A stretch of DNA of 64,000 bases, taken from the IMG/VR virus record IMGVR_UViG_3300046678_000420, positions 1 through 64,000 of that record; one strand, written 5' to 3'. Below are positions 36,774 to 45,811 of the stretch, piece after piece. A model generated the notes under the pieces. It was given only the letters and a program-made list of their open reading frames with translations, did no database searches and was not told where the DNA came from. How positions within the stretch are numbered: position 1 is the first letter of the stretch; each line of letters begins with the position of its first letter. The position numbers were made by a program, and so were the translations under genes. Origin of the DNA: a virus (Duplodnaviria; Caudoviricetes).

Positions 36774-37238
36774 GTGGCTACAGCTGGCGGGAACGATATC
36801 GCAACCCTCAATGACAAGCTCCGCCGAAAGTCGGCCAAAATGCCGGATCTGCTTCGTGAAGTCTTGTGGTTGGTGTTCATCGTTGCAGTGCCATATTACG
36901 CGCTTGTAATAAAGCACGGTTGGGGTGAATCGGTGCGTAATGGTGACCTCTTCTTGTTTAATATAACGGCGCTGGCAGCAGTCCTCTTTGAATGGTTGGT
37001 AAGTAAACCACCAAGTTTTCCAGAGTTTCTCCGTCCGTCATATTTCCTCTTTTTGGGGGTCATCGGCTTTGGGGCACTTGGATGGACTGTCTATCTCTTC
37101 GCCGATTCACCATTGCCGCATTCGCCACGAGAGGTCCAAATATTCGTTGCGATCGGATTTGCGTTAATTATGCCGATTCATAGAATTGCAAAACGGGAGC
37201 CAGGTGCCGAGGGCGCCGAACCGGAGGAAACAAGCTAA
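36774..37238 (+). CDS. 4-TM membrane protein, low GC
   Basis: AAGGAGG RBS; four hydrophobic segments; many A/T-ending codons. Confidence 0.7.
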   Translation: MATAGGNDIATLNDKLRRKSAKMPDLLREVLWLVFIVAVPYYALVIKHGWGESVRNGDLFLFNITALAAVLFEWLVSKPPSFPEFLRPSYFLFLGVIGFGALGWTVYLFADSPLPHSPREVQIFVAIGFALIMPIHRIAKREPGAEGAEPEETS

Positions 37239-37248
37239 GCTAGAGCAG

Positions 37249-37905
37249 TTACCACAGGCCTTCTTGCCCAACGGCCTCCGCGTGGCGTTCACGCTTAATC
37301 GGCACAATCAGACCCCGAAATGTCGGCCCGTACTTGACGAGTATGGGTTCCTCGGGGTCGCGGATCATCCAATCTGCCTTCCGCTCGTTCTTGTCCGACT
37401 TCACCAGCCGGAACCGGCTCGCTAGGCCCATGTCCAGCAGAAACACGCTCGACGGGTCCTCATAGCGCTCGAACAGTTCGCGCAGGCCGCGCCAGGCAGC
37501 CGGAGACGTCATCCCCGCCGCGTCCTCTACGGACTCGCGGGCCGCCCCGGCTTGCAGCACCAGACCGTCACCCGGGAACCAGGACAGCATGACGTCTTGC
37601 TTCGGGTGCTGCCGACAGAACGACGTGATGGTGTCGAGCCCTTCGCGGGGGATCTCAATCTCGGTGACGGCACCGCGGGTTGCTGTAAAGCCTCCGGCCG
37701 GCTGAATCGGTGCCGAGTCGAACGCTGCTGCGTATGGGTCGCCGCCCAGGATCGTCAGCACGTTGTCCGGCGTGAGGGTCATCATCACGGACCGGATGGT
37801 GGGGTTCTTCTTGTGAACGTGGCCGATGTTCCCGGCGACGCGAACAAGCGTGTCCGCGTCCATGGTCCAGGCCGCTACGGGTTCGCTCAGAGTCGTTCTC
37901 CTCAT
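37249..37905 (-). CDS. Sliding-clamp (beta)-like fold protein, tentative
   Basis: GGDPYAAA, WRGLRELF, LVKYG..FRGLIVPIK end. Confidence 0.45.
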   Translation of the reverse strand: MRRTTLSEPVAAWTMDADTLVRVAGNIGHVHKKNPTIRSVMMTLTPDNVLTILGGDPYAAAFDSAPIQPAGGFTATRGAVTEIEIPREGLDTITSFCRQHPKQDVMLSWFPGDGLVLQAGAARESVEDAAGMTSPAAWRGLRELFERYEDPSSVFLLDMGLASRFRLVKSDKNERKADWMIRDPEEPILVKYGPTFRGLIVPIKRERHAEAVGQEGLW

Positions 37906-37946
37906 CGGGGATGCAGAAGGCCCCGCCGGAGCGGGGCCTCAGGGGG

Positions 37947-38126
37947 TCATTCGCAGTCGCTCCCGTAGCGATGGGGGAAGTCGAGGGCGCACTCATCGCA
38001 CACGAACTCGTCGTCCAGCTCCGACATCAACCCGTGTTCGGTCCAGTGACCGCACTCCGTGCACTGGTAGGGGGCTCGGTCGTCCTCTACCTCGTACTCT
38101 CCGAGGTCGTCATAGTCGCCCATCAT
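37947..38126 (-). CDS. Small acidic zinc-finger protein
   Basis: CTEC..CDEC. Confidence 0.55.
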   Translation of the reverse strand: MMGDYDDLGEYEVEDDRAPYQCTECGHWTEHGLMSELDDEFVCDECALDFPHRYGSDCE

Positions 38127-38245
38127 CCGGCGCCCTTGAGGAACACCGCGCCGAGGAGCAGCATCCCGACCTCTGCGCAGAGAATCGCGACGAACCAGAA
38201 AACCCAGACAACGAGGAAGTACGCCCACGGGGGCAGGTCCCGCAC
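38123..38245 (-). CDS. Single-pass membrane peptide (40 aa)
   Basis: Read directly: MRDLPPWAYFLVVWVFWFVAIL..; ATGA overlap. Confidence 0.5.
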   Translation of the reverse strand: MRDLPPWAYFLVVWVFWFVAILCAEVGMLLLGAVFLKGAG

Positions 38246-38308
38246 TCAGCACCTTCTTTCAACACGAAGGGCCACCCCGAAGGGTGGCCCCGATGGATTG
38301 GGGAGGGG

Positions 38309-38554
38309 TCAGGACTTGACCCACGGGCCGATCTGCCGCGAGACGATCCACGCGGGGACGTCCGGGTGTTGCTCGTCGAAGTAGGCAAGGTCCAGGACGG
38401 CTAGCACCTCGGCGCTGTAGACGCCGATCACTTCGCCGCCTTCGACGATGACGGCCCACTCGGTCACCATGTTGTCCACGATGGTGTGAAGCTCGATGTT
38501 GTCGAGGAACAGGCGCACGACTTCGTTAAAGGCGTCTTCTATCAGCGTGCCCAT
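38309..38554 (-). CDS. Hypothetical protein
   Basis: ATG after GAAAGG; high-GC3 codons. Confidence 0.55.
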   Translation of the reverse strand: MGTLIEDAFNEVVRLFLDNIELHTIVDNMVTEWAVIVEGGEVIGVYSAEVLAVLDLAYFDEQHPDVPAWIVSRQIGPWVKS

Positions 38555-38558
38555 TCGG

Positions 38559-38750
38559 TCAGGCTGCCTTTCCGTAGTTGTAACCATGGTCGTAGACGTA
38601 GAAAGCCTCACGGATACGAGCCGACGCGGAGCGGAGTCCTTCCGGGTTGTCCTCGGAGATGGACTGAAGGCGCATCACAGCGACCATGTGTTCCGGGTAC
38701 TGCGAGTACTGGGTGATGGACTGCAAGGCCGCGTCGAGCGTGTATCCCAC
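38559..38750 (-). CDS. Hypothetical protein
   Basis: GGAGG RBS; downstream of promoter/operator at about 38800-38827. Confidence 0.55.
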   Translation of the reverse strand: MGYTLDAALQSITQYSQYPEHMVAVMRLQSISEDNPEGLRSASARIREAFYVYDHGYNYGKAA

Positions 38751-39719
38751 TGCCTAACCTCCCGGGGGTGGTGGTGTGCTGGCTCCGCCACCGTATCTCC
38801 CTTGATGCAGATGCGTCAATGGAGTTATGCCACGATTCCCGGCGGGGCCCCAAGGGGGACCCATCGAGTCCGCTTCATGGGTCGCGATTTGCGGACTGAT
38901 TCAGGGTTCAGATTCAGGGCCGTGTTTCCGTGCCCATTCTTGAGGCCGTTCCTGAGTCCATTTTCGGGGCCGTTTTGCGGGCCGCTTTCGGGGCCGCCTT
39001 CTAGCGGAGCCTGGTCCTCGTGGCGCTCCGCGTTGTGGGGCGCGACTTGGCGACCGTGACGCCGTTCCCTTCGAGGCGCCCACCGGCCAACCATCTGCAC
39101 GCCACTAGCGCTGTGTCCTGGGGGTTCAGCTCCGCGGGCTGCTTTACAGCTCCTCGCCGGCCTAGGCGACCGGACTTCGTCGACGAACGCGGCGCCTGCT
39201 TTACAGCTCGCGGCCGGCACGGCTTGCGCGTGCGCCAGCTCGGTTACGTGAAGGTCGTACGCGGTGGATTTTCGAGTCTGCCGACCGGCAGCCGGAGCCC
39301 GTCCGGGGCGGGGCCCGAAAATGACCACGTCGGCCGTGGGTCGCTGGTCGATGACCCTACTTGCAAAAATTTTGTGCTTGGCTGCAACCTCGGCGGGCAC
39401 GCACGAGGGCTACAAACTGCCCCTCGGCCCGGTTGGCGCAGATCCCCACATGTTTGCCCGACAATTCCCGGTGATGTCTCGAGATGTCTGTTTAGAGGCA
39501 TAGGAGTGCCTTTGTAGGGTCGGCGGAAAGCAATTTCGGGCAGTCCTTACACGGCCCTTTTCGGGCCGTCGTTCTACCGCGTCTGACCAGCATTCCACCC
39601 GCGTTCGGCCAGGTCAAACCCTGTTTTCATACCTCCCTTGACACGCTTTACAGCGGTCGTGCATCGTCTTGCCTCGCCAGCAAGACACCGAACATCGGAA
39701 CGACCGAAAGGGAATGCAC

Positions 39720-40790
39720 ATGCCTAGCGCTTACAAGACTCGTGAGGCCTGGCTACACGCGGCACGCAAGCTCATGCAGAAGCGCTTTGAGCGCGCCGGG
39801 GTCAGCGTTCCGACCGACGTGCATATCAGCGTGGGTTTCAAGCCTGGCGGCGGCCCGGAATCGGCGAAAGTGATGGGGTGCTGCTATGTGCGCCTCGCGT
39901 CATCCGGCAACGTGAACGAGATATTCATCTCGCCGGAGTGGGATAACCCCGCTGACGTGCTGGAAACCCTCGCACATGAGCTGATTCATGCCGCGTCGGA
40001 CTGCCAGGATGGGCACGGCCCCGGATTCAAGCGGGACGCGCTGGCATTTGGGTTCCTGTCGCCGATGACATCCACACCGGCCAGCGATGAGCTGAAGTGT
40101 TTTCTTCGCATGGTCGCGGCCACCCTGGGGCCGTTCCCGCATTCGGCTACTCGCATCATGGCTCTCAAGCGCCGTCCGAAGACTGACCCGGTGAAGCCTG
40201 ACGGGAACTCTTCGACCGGCGAGAGCGGCGGCGGGAAGGCTCATTCCGGCCGCCCGAAGCAAGGCACGTCAATGCTCAAGCTTGAGTGCGTCAACCCCAC
40301 ATGCGGTTTCATCGCACGCGCCACGGCGAAAAACCTTGACCTCGGAATGCCTATCTGCGCATGCGGTACGCCCCTCTCGTCTCCGCAGTACGCGGAGGTG
40401 CTGTATGAGCGGCTGTTCAACGTCGGGCCCTGGCAGGGTGACCCCTGGTATGGGTTCGGGCAGGAACCGGCACGGCTTGAGAAGCGCCGCGAGTGGTCGC
40501 GGGCCCGTGGGTTCCTGCCTGCGCTCGGCGTCGCGGTCACCACCGCCGTTAAGGCCGTGGCCAAAAAGGCCGCTAAGCCTAAGGCTCCGACTCTTCCCGC
40601 TCCCACTGCTGACGCGCTCGCCAAGATGCGAAAGACGCTTTCGGAGTACTACTTGGAGCCGTACCCGGCAACTCTCGCCGATGAGGAACGGCACTCCGAA
40701 GAGGCTCTGTACATGTGGGACCTGGCCGAACAATTGGCTTCCCTGTTCCAAGACATCGACGCTGCAATGACCGACACCGTTACCGCCTAA
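39720..40790 (+). CDS. SprT-like zinc metalloprotease with Cys zinc ribbon
   Basis: LAHELIHA, GHGPGFK, CVNPTC..CAC. Confidence 0.75.
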   Translation: MPSAYKTREAWLHAARKLMQKRFERAGVSVPTDVHISVGFKPGGGPESAKVMGCCYVRLASSGNVNEIFISPEWDNPADVLETLAHELIHAASDCQDGHGPGFKRDALAFGFLSPMTSTPASDELKCFLRMVAATLGPFPHSATRIMALKRRPKTDPVKPDGNSSTGESGGGKAHSGRPKQGTSMLKLECVNPTCGFIARATAKNLDLGMPICACGTPLSSPQYAEVLYERLFNVGPWQGDPWYGFGQEPARLEKRREWSRARGFLPALGVAVTTAVKAVAKKAAKPKAPTLPAPTADALAKMRKTLSEYYLEPYPATLADEERHSEEALYMWDLAEQLASLFQDIDAAMTDTVTA

Positions 40791-40808
40791 GCAGAGAAGG
40801 GGTTAGCC

Positions 40809-41315
40809 ATGAAGTCTTGGAACTACGACGCTCCCAAGATGGTGCTTGACGTCCGCGTGGATTACTCGACTGTGCTTATCGCGCCGGACGGTCACGAGAT
40901 GTTCGGCCGGAATCAGCTCCGGCCATACGAGCTCCGCGAGATTCGCGAAACGATGGCGGAGGCGCTGACTCCCAAGGGCTACCGGCTCAAGGTTGAGCGG
41001 CACGTGAGCACGTGGTGGGTTCCCGCGTGTTGGTACTGCCAGGCTCGCCCGTGTGCGATCGACTTCGACTGTGACGGCCCTTACCGCCGGGTCGTCTGTG
41101 AGCAAGAGCAGTGCCAGCGGGGAAGCAACCCGGATAATCGCGATTGGGTGACGGGCCGGGGTCCGCTTTGGGGGCCGGAGCATCCCGAGTGGGGGCCCGC
41201 GACGGACCCGGAAGGCGTCGAGTTGTGCGGCGGGTGGTGCGTCCTGACGGCCGGACACGATGCGGACGGCACTAACAGGCACGTGGACGCCACCGGCTAC
41301 GCGTTCAGCCGCTAA
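40809..41315 (+). CDS. Hypothetical protein with Cys motifs
   Basis: CWYC..C..C; followed by terminator. Confidence 0.55.
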   Translation: MKSWNYDAPKMVLDVRVDYSTVLIAPDGHEMFGRNQLRPYELREIRETMAEALTPKGYRLKVERHVSTWWVPACWYCQARPCAIDFDCDGPYRRVVCEQEQCQRGSNPDNRDWVTGRGPLWGPEHPEWGPATDPEGVELCGGWCVLTAGHDADGTNRHVDATGYAFSR

Positions 41316-41323
41316 GAGCAAGC

Positions 41324-41355
41324 AAGGGGTTAGGCCGCTGGCCTAACCCCTTGCT
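41324..41355. terminator. Stem-loop terminator
   Basis: aaggggttaggcc-gct-ggcctaaccccttg. Confidence 0.7.
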
Positions 41356-41452
41356 TGCGTCCTCAGCATAACTCCCTTGACGCACGCTTTAAAGCCTGGC
41401 AAGATCTGGCCTGCCAGCAAGACACCATCCGCACTAACCGAGAGGCAAGACC

Positions 41453-42139
41453 GTGAGCATCCACAACGGCAGCTATCGCCCGAACGCTAAGGGCGCGACC
41501 TCGCTCCGCGACGCTCGCCCGTTGTATGTCGGAAACGACCGGGTCACCGTTGAGGTTTACCCCTGGGAGGGTGGCCAGTGGATGACCATCTTCATTGGTT
41601 GCTCGCACAAGGCTTTTGAGGGCCCGATTCCCGCTGGCATCGAATACGACGCGGAGTTCTACGGCTTCATTTATGAAAGCGTTGAGGCCTTTGCCGCTAA
41701 GCGGGCAAAGGTGGAGGCGTCTAAGGCGGAGCCGGTTAAGGCCGCGACCCCGAAGCACGGAAGGCGGACCATGGGCGAGTATGAGACCCGGTTCGGATTC
41801 ATCTACGCGAACTTCACCACCATCGGGCAGGCGGCTCACGAAGCGCGCGTGAGCGTCTACATAGACGACGCGACGCGTTGCCCGCACCCGTTGCCTGCGT
41901 TCTGCGTTGCTCTCGCGGATCAGACGCCGGAGTCGGTCCGCCTGGCCCTCCGGACCGCCACTGAGCGCATGGGTCGAGAATTCAGCGTGGCGGGCATGAC
42001 GTGGAACCCGTCCTACGAAGGCTTCCGGGGTGTGCAGTGGTATCCGGACACCCGCCGTCCGGTGAACGGCCGCATCCTGCGGGACAGCATCGCGATTCCG
42101 GCCGTCCGGCGTCCGGCGCACGCTAAGGCGGCTGCGTAA
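41453..42139 (+). CDS. Hypothetical protein
   Basis: Own promoter at 41377; GAGAGG RBS. Confidence 0.6.
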   Translation: MSIHNGSYRPNAKGATSLRDARPLYVGNDRVTVEVYPWEGGQWMTIFIGCSHKAFEGPIPAGIEYDAEFYGFIYESVEAFAAKRAKVEASKAEPVKAATPKHGRRTMGEYETRFGFIYANFTTIGQAAHEARVSVYIDDATRCPHPLPAFCVALADQTPESVRLALRTATERMGREFSVAGMTWNPSYEGFRGVQWYPDTRRPVNGRILRDSIAIPAVRRPAHAKAAA

Positions 42140-42351
42140 TGGCGTGGGTGGCGTTCCTCGCCGTTGTGGCCCTGGGGTTCTATGCGACCCGAGCAAAGGT
42201 CAAGGACGCGGAGCGGATTACGGCTCAAGAGCGGGCCCGCGAGCAAGCGGCCCGGTACGCGGAAGCGCGAGCGCTCAAGGAAGCGGAAGAGATCAGAGCC
42301 CGTCAACCGGCACCACGCCGGGGCCGTCCCCGGAAAACCACAACCCCATAG
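42139..42351 (+). CDS. Small membrane-anchored coiled-coil protein
   Basis: TAATG overlap; N-terminal TM. Confidence 0.55.
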   Translation: MAWVAFLAVVALGFYATRAKVKDAERITAQERAREQAARYAEARALKEAEEIRARQPAPRRGRPRKTTTP

Positions 42352-42360
42352 CGCGCAACG

Positions 42361-42388
42361 AAAGGGCCCTCTTCGGAGGGCCCTTTTT
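42361..42388. terminator. Bidirectional terminator
   Basis: aaagggccctc-ttcg-gagggcccttttt. Confidence 0.8.
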
Positions 42389-42529
42389 CGTGCCCTGGCA
42401 CACCTGCGGAGAGAAACGGCCGGAGAGCGATTCTAAGCCCCGGCCGGCCTGGGGTTGCCTGCCGGGATACCCGGGATATGAGAAAGGCCCCTCACGGGGC
42501 TGTGAGAGGCCTTCCCGGGGTTGTTCTAT

Positions 42530-42799
42530 CTAGCAGCCCATCGCGCCGAAAACGAAGTGAGGTGTCGGCGAAGCGACTTCAACCGCCATGGCAATGATTC
42601 GCTTGTCCCACGCCAGGACTCCGGGCCACCGTTCGAAAGCCTCCGCCGTCGCCTCCTGGACGTCATCCGCAGACACGTAGACAGTAGTAACCAGCCGCCC
42701 ATAAGAGGCAGACGTAGCAAGACCCCTGCCGAGGTCTTCCGGGGGCGGGGCACCCTCCGCGTCCATGTCCCACACGGCCGTCACGGCGTAGTCAGTCAT
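42530..42799 (-). CDS. Hypothetical protein
   Basis: ORF track; part of leftward small-gene cluster. Confidence 0.5.
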   Translation of the reverse strand: MTDYAVTAVWDMDAEGAPPPEDLGRGLATSASYGRLVTTVYVSADDVQEATAEAFERWPGVLAWDKRIIAMAVEVASPTPHFVFGAMGC

Positions 42800-42873
42800 G
42801 CCGCCATCCTGCCAGAAACGCAGAGAGACCCACCCCGGTTAAGAGGTGGGTCTACACGCGCTTTACAGCGCGC

Positions 42874-43152
42874 CTACAGCTCCGAGAAATCCACTCCGAA
42901 CATACCTAGCCAGTGAGACAGGCGTATCACGTCTCGCACGCTCTCCGGGTACGGATGGCGCATGCGCGCCCGGACCGCGTCCGGCGTGTCCTGCCACCTA
43001 TCCGCCGGAACCCAGATCACCCGAACCCACGTGGTGACGCTTCCGGCCCTCCGGCCCGGGGTGTACTCCACCGTGACTTTGTAGCCCTGGGAAACGGCTA
43101 TCTCGGATAGGCGGTCTACGGCGGCCGGAATCTCGACCATACCGCCGGTCAC
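42874..43152 (-). CDS. Hypothetical protein
   Basis: Coupled to upstream ORF. Confidence 0.5.
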   Translation of the reverse strand: MTGGMVEIPAAVDRLSEIAVSQGYKVTVEYTPGRRAGSVTTWVRVIWVPADRWQDTPDAVRARMRHPYPESVRDVIRLSHWLGMFGVDFSEL

Positions 43153-43358
43153 TCAGCATCACCCGTGATGTACTCCCAAGCGGCATCCTTCGCGTTATCG
43201 AACGTGGCGAATCCCACGCCTATGAACTCCTCATCCACCCACGCGGAAATCCGACCGTCGTGCTCACGAACGACCTTTGCCGCGCTATGGGCAAACGGGT
43301 GGACCAGGTCCCACCGGTTCGGCCCGAACGGCTTCCACTCGAATCCGTAGCCGCTCAT
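43149..43358 (-). CDS. Hypothetical protein (MSGYGFEW..)
   Basis: ATGA overlap with upstream peptide gene. Confidence 0.6.
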   Translation of the reverse strand: MSGYGFEWKPFGPNRWDLVHPFAHSAAKVVREHDGRISAWVDEEFIGVGFATFDNAKDAAWEYITGDAE

Positions 43359-43540
43359 GAGCAATCCCCACCCATGAAACCGCCGATATTGCCGAAGAAT
43401 CCGATCTCGCCCCGGTACTCGAATCCAACACAGTGCGTGGCGTCCGTCTGGACGACCACACCGGCCTGTCCCGGGTTGCTGTACGTCTGGACGTGGCCGC
43501 CGCTCACAGCGGCTATCAGGGCCAACAGCAAGGCAATCAC
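43355..43540 (-). CDS. Small secreted peptide, paralogue 2
   Basis: Signal-like N-terminus; C-terminal GVVVQ..C.G.E..G..GFFGN..GF.GGDCS; start 43540 or 43546. Confidence 0.6.
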   Translation of the reverse strand: MIALLLALIAAVSGGHVQTYSNPGQAGVVVQTDATHCVGFEYRGEIGFFGNIGGFMGGDCS

Positions 43541-43752
43541 GAGCAATCGCCACCCTTGAAACCGAAGGCGTTACCGAAATACCCGACGTGACCGCCAGTC
43601 TCATACCCGATGCACTGACCGTGCCCGAACTGAACGACCACACCTCGATTCATTGACTTGTGCCCGTAGCCGTACGTCATCCAATGCCAGTGATGCACGT
43701 GGTGTGTGACCAGGACGTGCAAGAGAACCGACAGTGCGTGATACCAGGACAT
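43537..43752 (-). CDS. Small His/Trp-rich peptide, paralogue 1
   Basis: GAAGG RBS, ATG 43752; same C-terminal motif. Confidence 0.6.
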   Translation of the reverse strand: MSWYHALSVLLHVLVTHHVHHWHWMTYGYGHKSMNRGVVVQFGHGQCIGYETGGHVGYFGNAFGFKGGDCS

Positions 43753-44399
43753 GCGCTTGTGCCTTCCATGTGTCGTGTCAGCCGCTCCGTGGGCTCGGTG
43801 CGGCCGGTCTTGCTGGCAAGGCACATGTCTAGGCCCCAGGTCACCAGTGCGTCAAGTGAGGTACGGGTCACTGCGAATGAGGCGCACATCACATTCACCA
43901 GGTAGACCAATCAGCCATCCAGTCGAGGCCGGCTTGGACTAAGCAGCTGGTCATACGGGCCATATGGGCCCGGGGGGTCACTAGACCACACCCATACACC
44001 CATCGCCCGGAGCCGACCAGGGCGACGGCCGGACAACAGCCAAGCCGCCATGTCATAGTCTGTCCGACTTTGGCTAATCCAAGATGCCCGGATTCAATCA
44101 ATGATAGCCGCTGGATTGAAGACACTACCCATATGGGGGTGTCATAAGTCTAATGTCCGTTTTGCACAAGACCCGCGCAGGCTTATTTTTTTCGCCGCAA
44201 GTTAGATCGACTTTGGTGATGGAGACGCCAAAAGGCCCTCCCGGGACTGGAGGGCCACTTTCGATGACCATCCGGCCCTGGGAGGGCCGTGGTTCGAGGA
44301 TTGCACGGCTTGGGGCCGTGCGTCAAGCGAGTTAGATCCCCTGGTCAGGCATGCGTGATGCAGATCACACGGCCTAGTGTCCTCTCTTCGACGAGACGA

Positions 44400-44620
44400 C
44401 AGACCCTATGTCTATGGGGGGTAAGGGGGGGTCTACTTACCTCATAGGCCCGACAGGGCCCTATGTATCTACCTCATAGCTTTCAGTAACGAGCCTCTGA
44501 GGGCTCGCATCTCTTAACCTTCGGCCGCTAAGGCGGCCTCTAAGGAGCCAGCCCTTAAGGCTGGCTCTTATAGAGGGTGCTTCAACATCCGGCCGATAAC
44601 GGCCTTCCGGCCGTTTGGGG
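44400..44620. other. Non-coding cluster of consecutive hairpins upstream of HNH
   Basis: At least five inverted repeats plus tacctcatag direct repeat. Confidence 0.6.
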
Positions 44621-44628
44621 GTTAACTC

Positions 44629-44907
44629 ATGCCACGGTCGATGTGCCGCCGCTGTCGGCGGCTAGTCCCGTTAGGGCAACCCTTCTGCTGGGAACACAGG
44701 GCAGCCGATCGTTACTCGGCTGCATGGAACTTAAACAGTAAGGCCGCTAGAGCGGCTAACCCTTTCTGCGTCAAGTGTGGATCGGTATTCGATCTCACGG
44801 CTGATCACATCATTCCGCGTTCACGCGGCGGGACTGACCACATGTCGAACATTCAGGTTCTCTGCCGTTCGTGCAACAGCCGGAAGCACAACCGCCCGAG
44901 GGGGTGA
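44629..44907 (+). CDS. HNH endonuclease (packaging-associated)
   Basis: CVKC..DHIIPRSRGGTD..N.QVLCRSCN. Confidence 0.93.
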   Translation: MPRSMCRRCRRLVPLGQPFCWEHRAADRYSAAWNLNSKAARAANPFCVKCGSVFDLTADHIIPRSRGGTDHMSNIQVLCRSCNSRKHNRPRG

Positions 44908-44913
44908 CATCTC

Positions 44914-45372
44914 ATGCCGGGGCCTCTCCCGAAACCGACCCACCTAAAAATCCTGACCGGTAATCCGGGTAAGAGGCCGCTGCCTGAGCACGAACCCCAG
45001 CCCACCAGGGGCGAACCGATTCCGCCTGACTGGCTGGACGGGGAAGCCCTGGAGGAATGGCGGCGCGTCGTCCCGGAGCTGGCGGCGCTGGGCCTGACTG
45101 CCTTGGTGGACCGGGCCGCGCTGGTCGTGTACTGCCAGGCATGGGCTTCTTACGTCTCCGCTTCACGTCAGCTCGCGGAGCAGGGGCCGACTTCGACCGG
45201 ACGCAACGGCGAGATGGTCAAGCATCCGGCCGCGCAGATCGCGCGGGACTCGGCGGACCTGATGAACAAGTTCGGGAGTCAGTTCGGCTTCACGCCCGCT
45301 TCGCGGGCTCGCCTGTCCATTCCCGAGCAGGACTCGGGGGCCTTGGACATCGCAGCAATCATCTCCGCGTAG
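44914..45372 (+). CDS. Terminase small subunit, P27 family (B)
   Basis: Near-identical protein to 47-505. Confidence 0.92.
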   Translation: MPGPLPKPTHLKILTGNPGKRPLPEHEPQPTRGEPIPPDWLDGEALEEWRRVVPELAALGLTALVDRAALVVYCQAWASYVSASRQLAEQGPTSTGRNGEMVKHPAAQIARDSADLMNKFGSQFGFTPASRARLSIPEQDSGALDIAAIISA

Positions 45373-45466
45373 CCCGCGGAGCGCTTTACAGCTTCCGGCC
45401 GGCGCGGGGGTACGGCCGGGGGACGGTGGTTGAGGCCGGGGGTTGAGTCTTGCTCCCCCCGGTCTC

Positions 45467-45811
45467 CTACTTCCCGATGAAGAGGGCGAGCATCGCGGCG
45501 ATGCCCGAGAGGAGTCCGCCAATTGCGCTTACGGCTGTCCACGAAATCTGGCGGGGCGGACGCACGAGCCTGGGTTCTCGTGGGGCGGGTGCACCGTGCC
45601 TGATCGGTTCGGAGCGGGAGGTCTGTTGAGCCGTTCGCACCGCAGCTCTATCGGGGCCGCGCCCGCGCCTCTGTCGCGCGCGCTTCCGCCTGTCCTTCCG
45701 GTCGCCCAGTTCAATGACCAACCAAAGAATGAACCAGACCACGCCCGTGCCCCAGATCGGCGAGGTCACCAAAGCGATCCCAGCGGCGTCGTTGATTGCG
45801 GACCCCCTCAT
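45467..45811 (-). CDS. Inserted 2-TM membrane protein (B-specific)
   Basis: Region absent from copy A; TM-basic linker-TM. Confidence 0.5.
   Translation of the reverse strand: MRGSAINDAAGIALVTSPIWGTGVVWFILWLVIELGDRKDRRKRARQRRGRGPDRAAVRTAQQTSRSEPIRHGAPAPREPRLVRPPRQISWTAVSAIGGLLSGIAAMLALFIGK

Noticed and set aside
38825-39400. Leftward ORF with GPESGPQNGPENGLRNG 12-bp repeats as iterons
   Set aside because: Repeats are degenerate and fit a 4-aa coding repeat; coding status is uncertain, so not listed as a feature.
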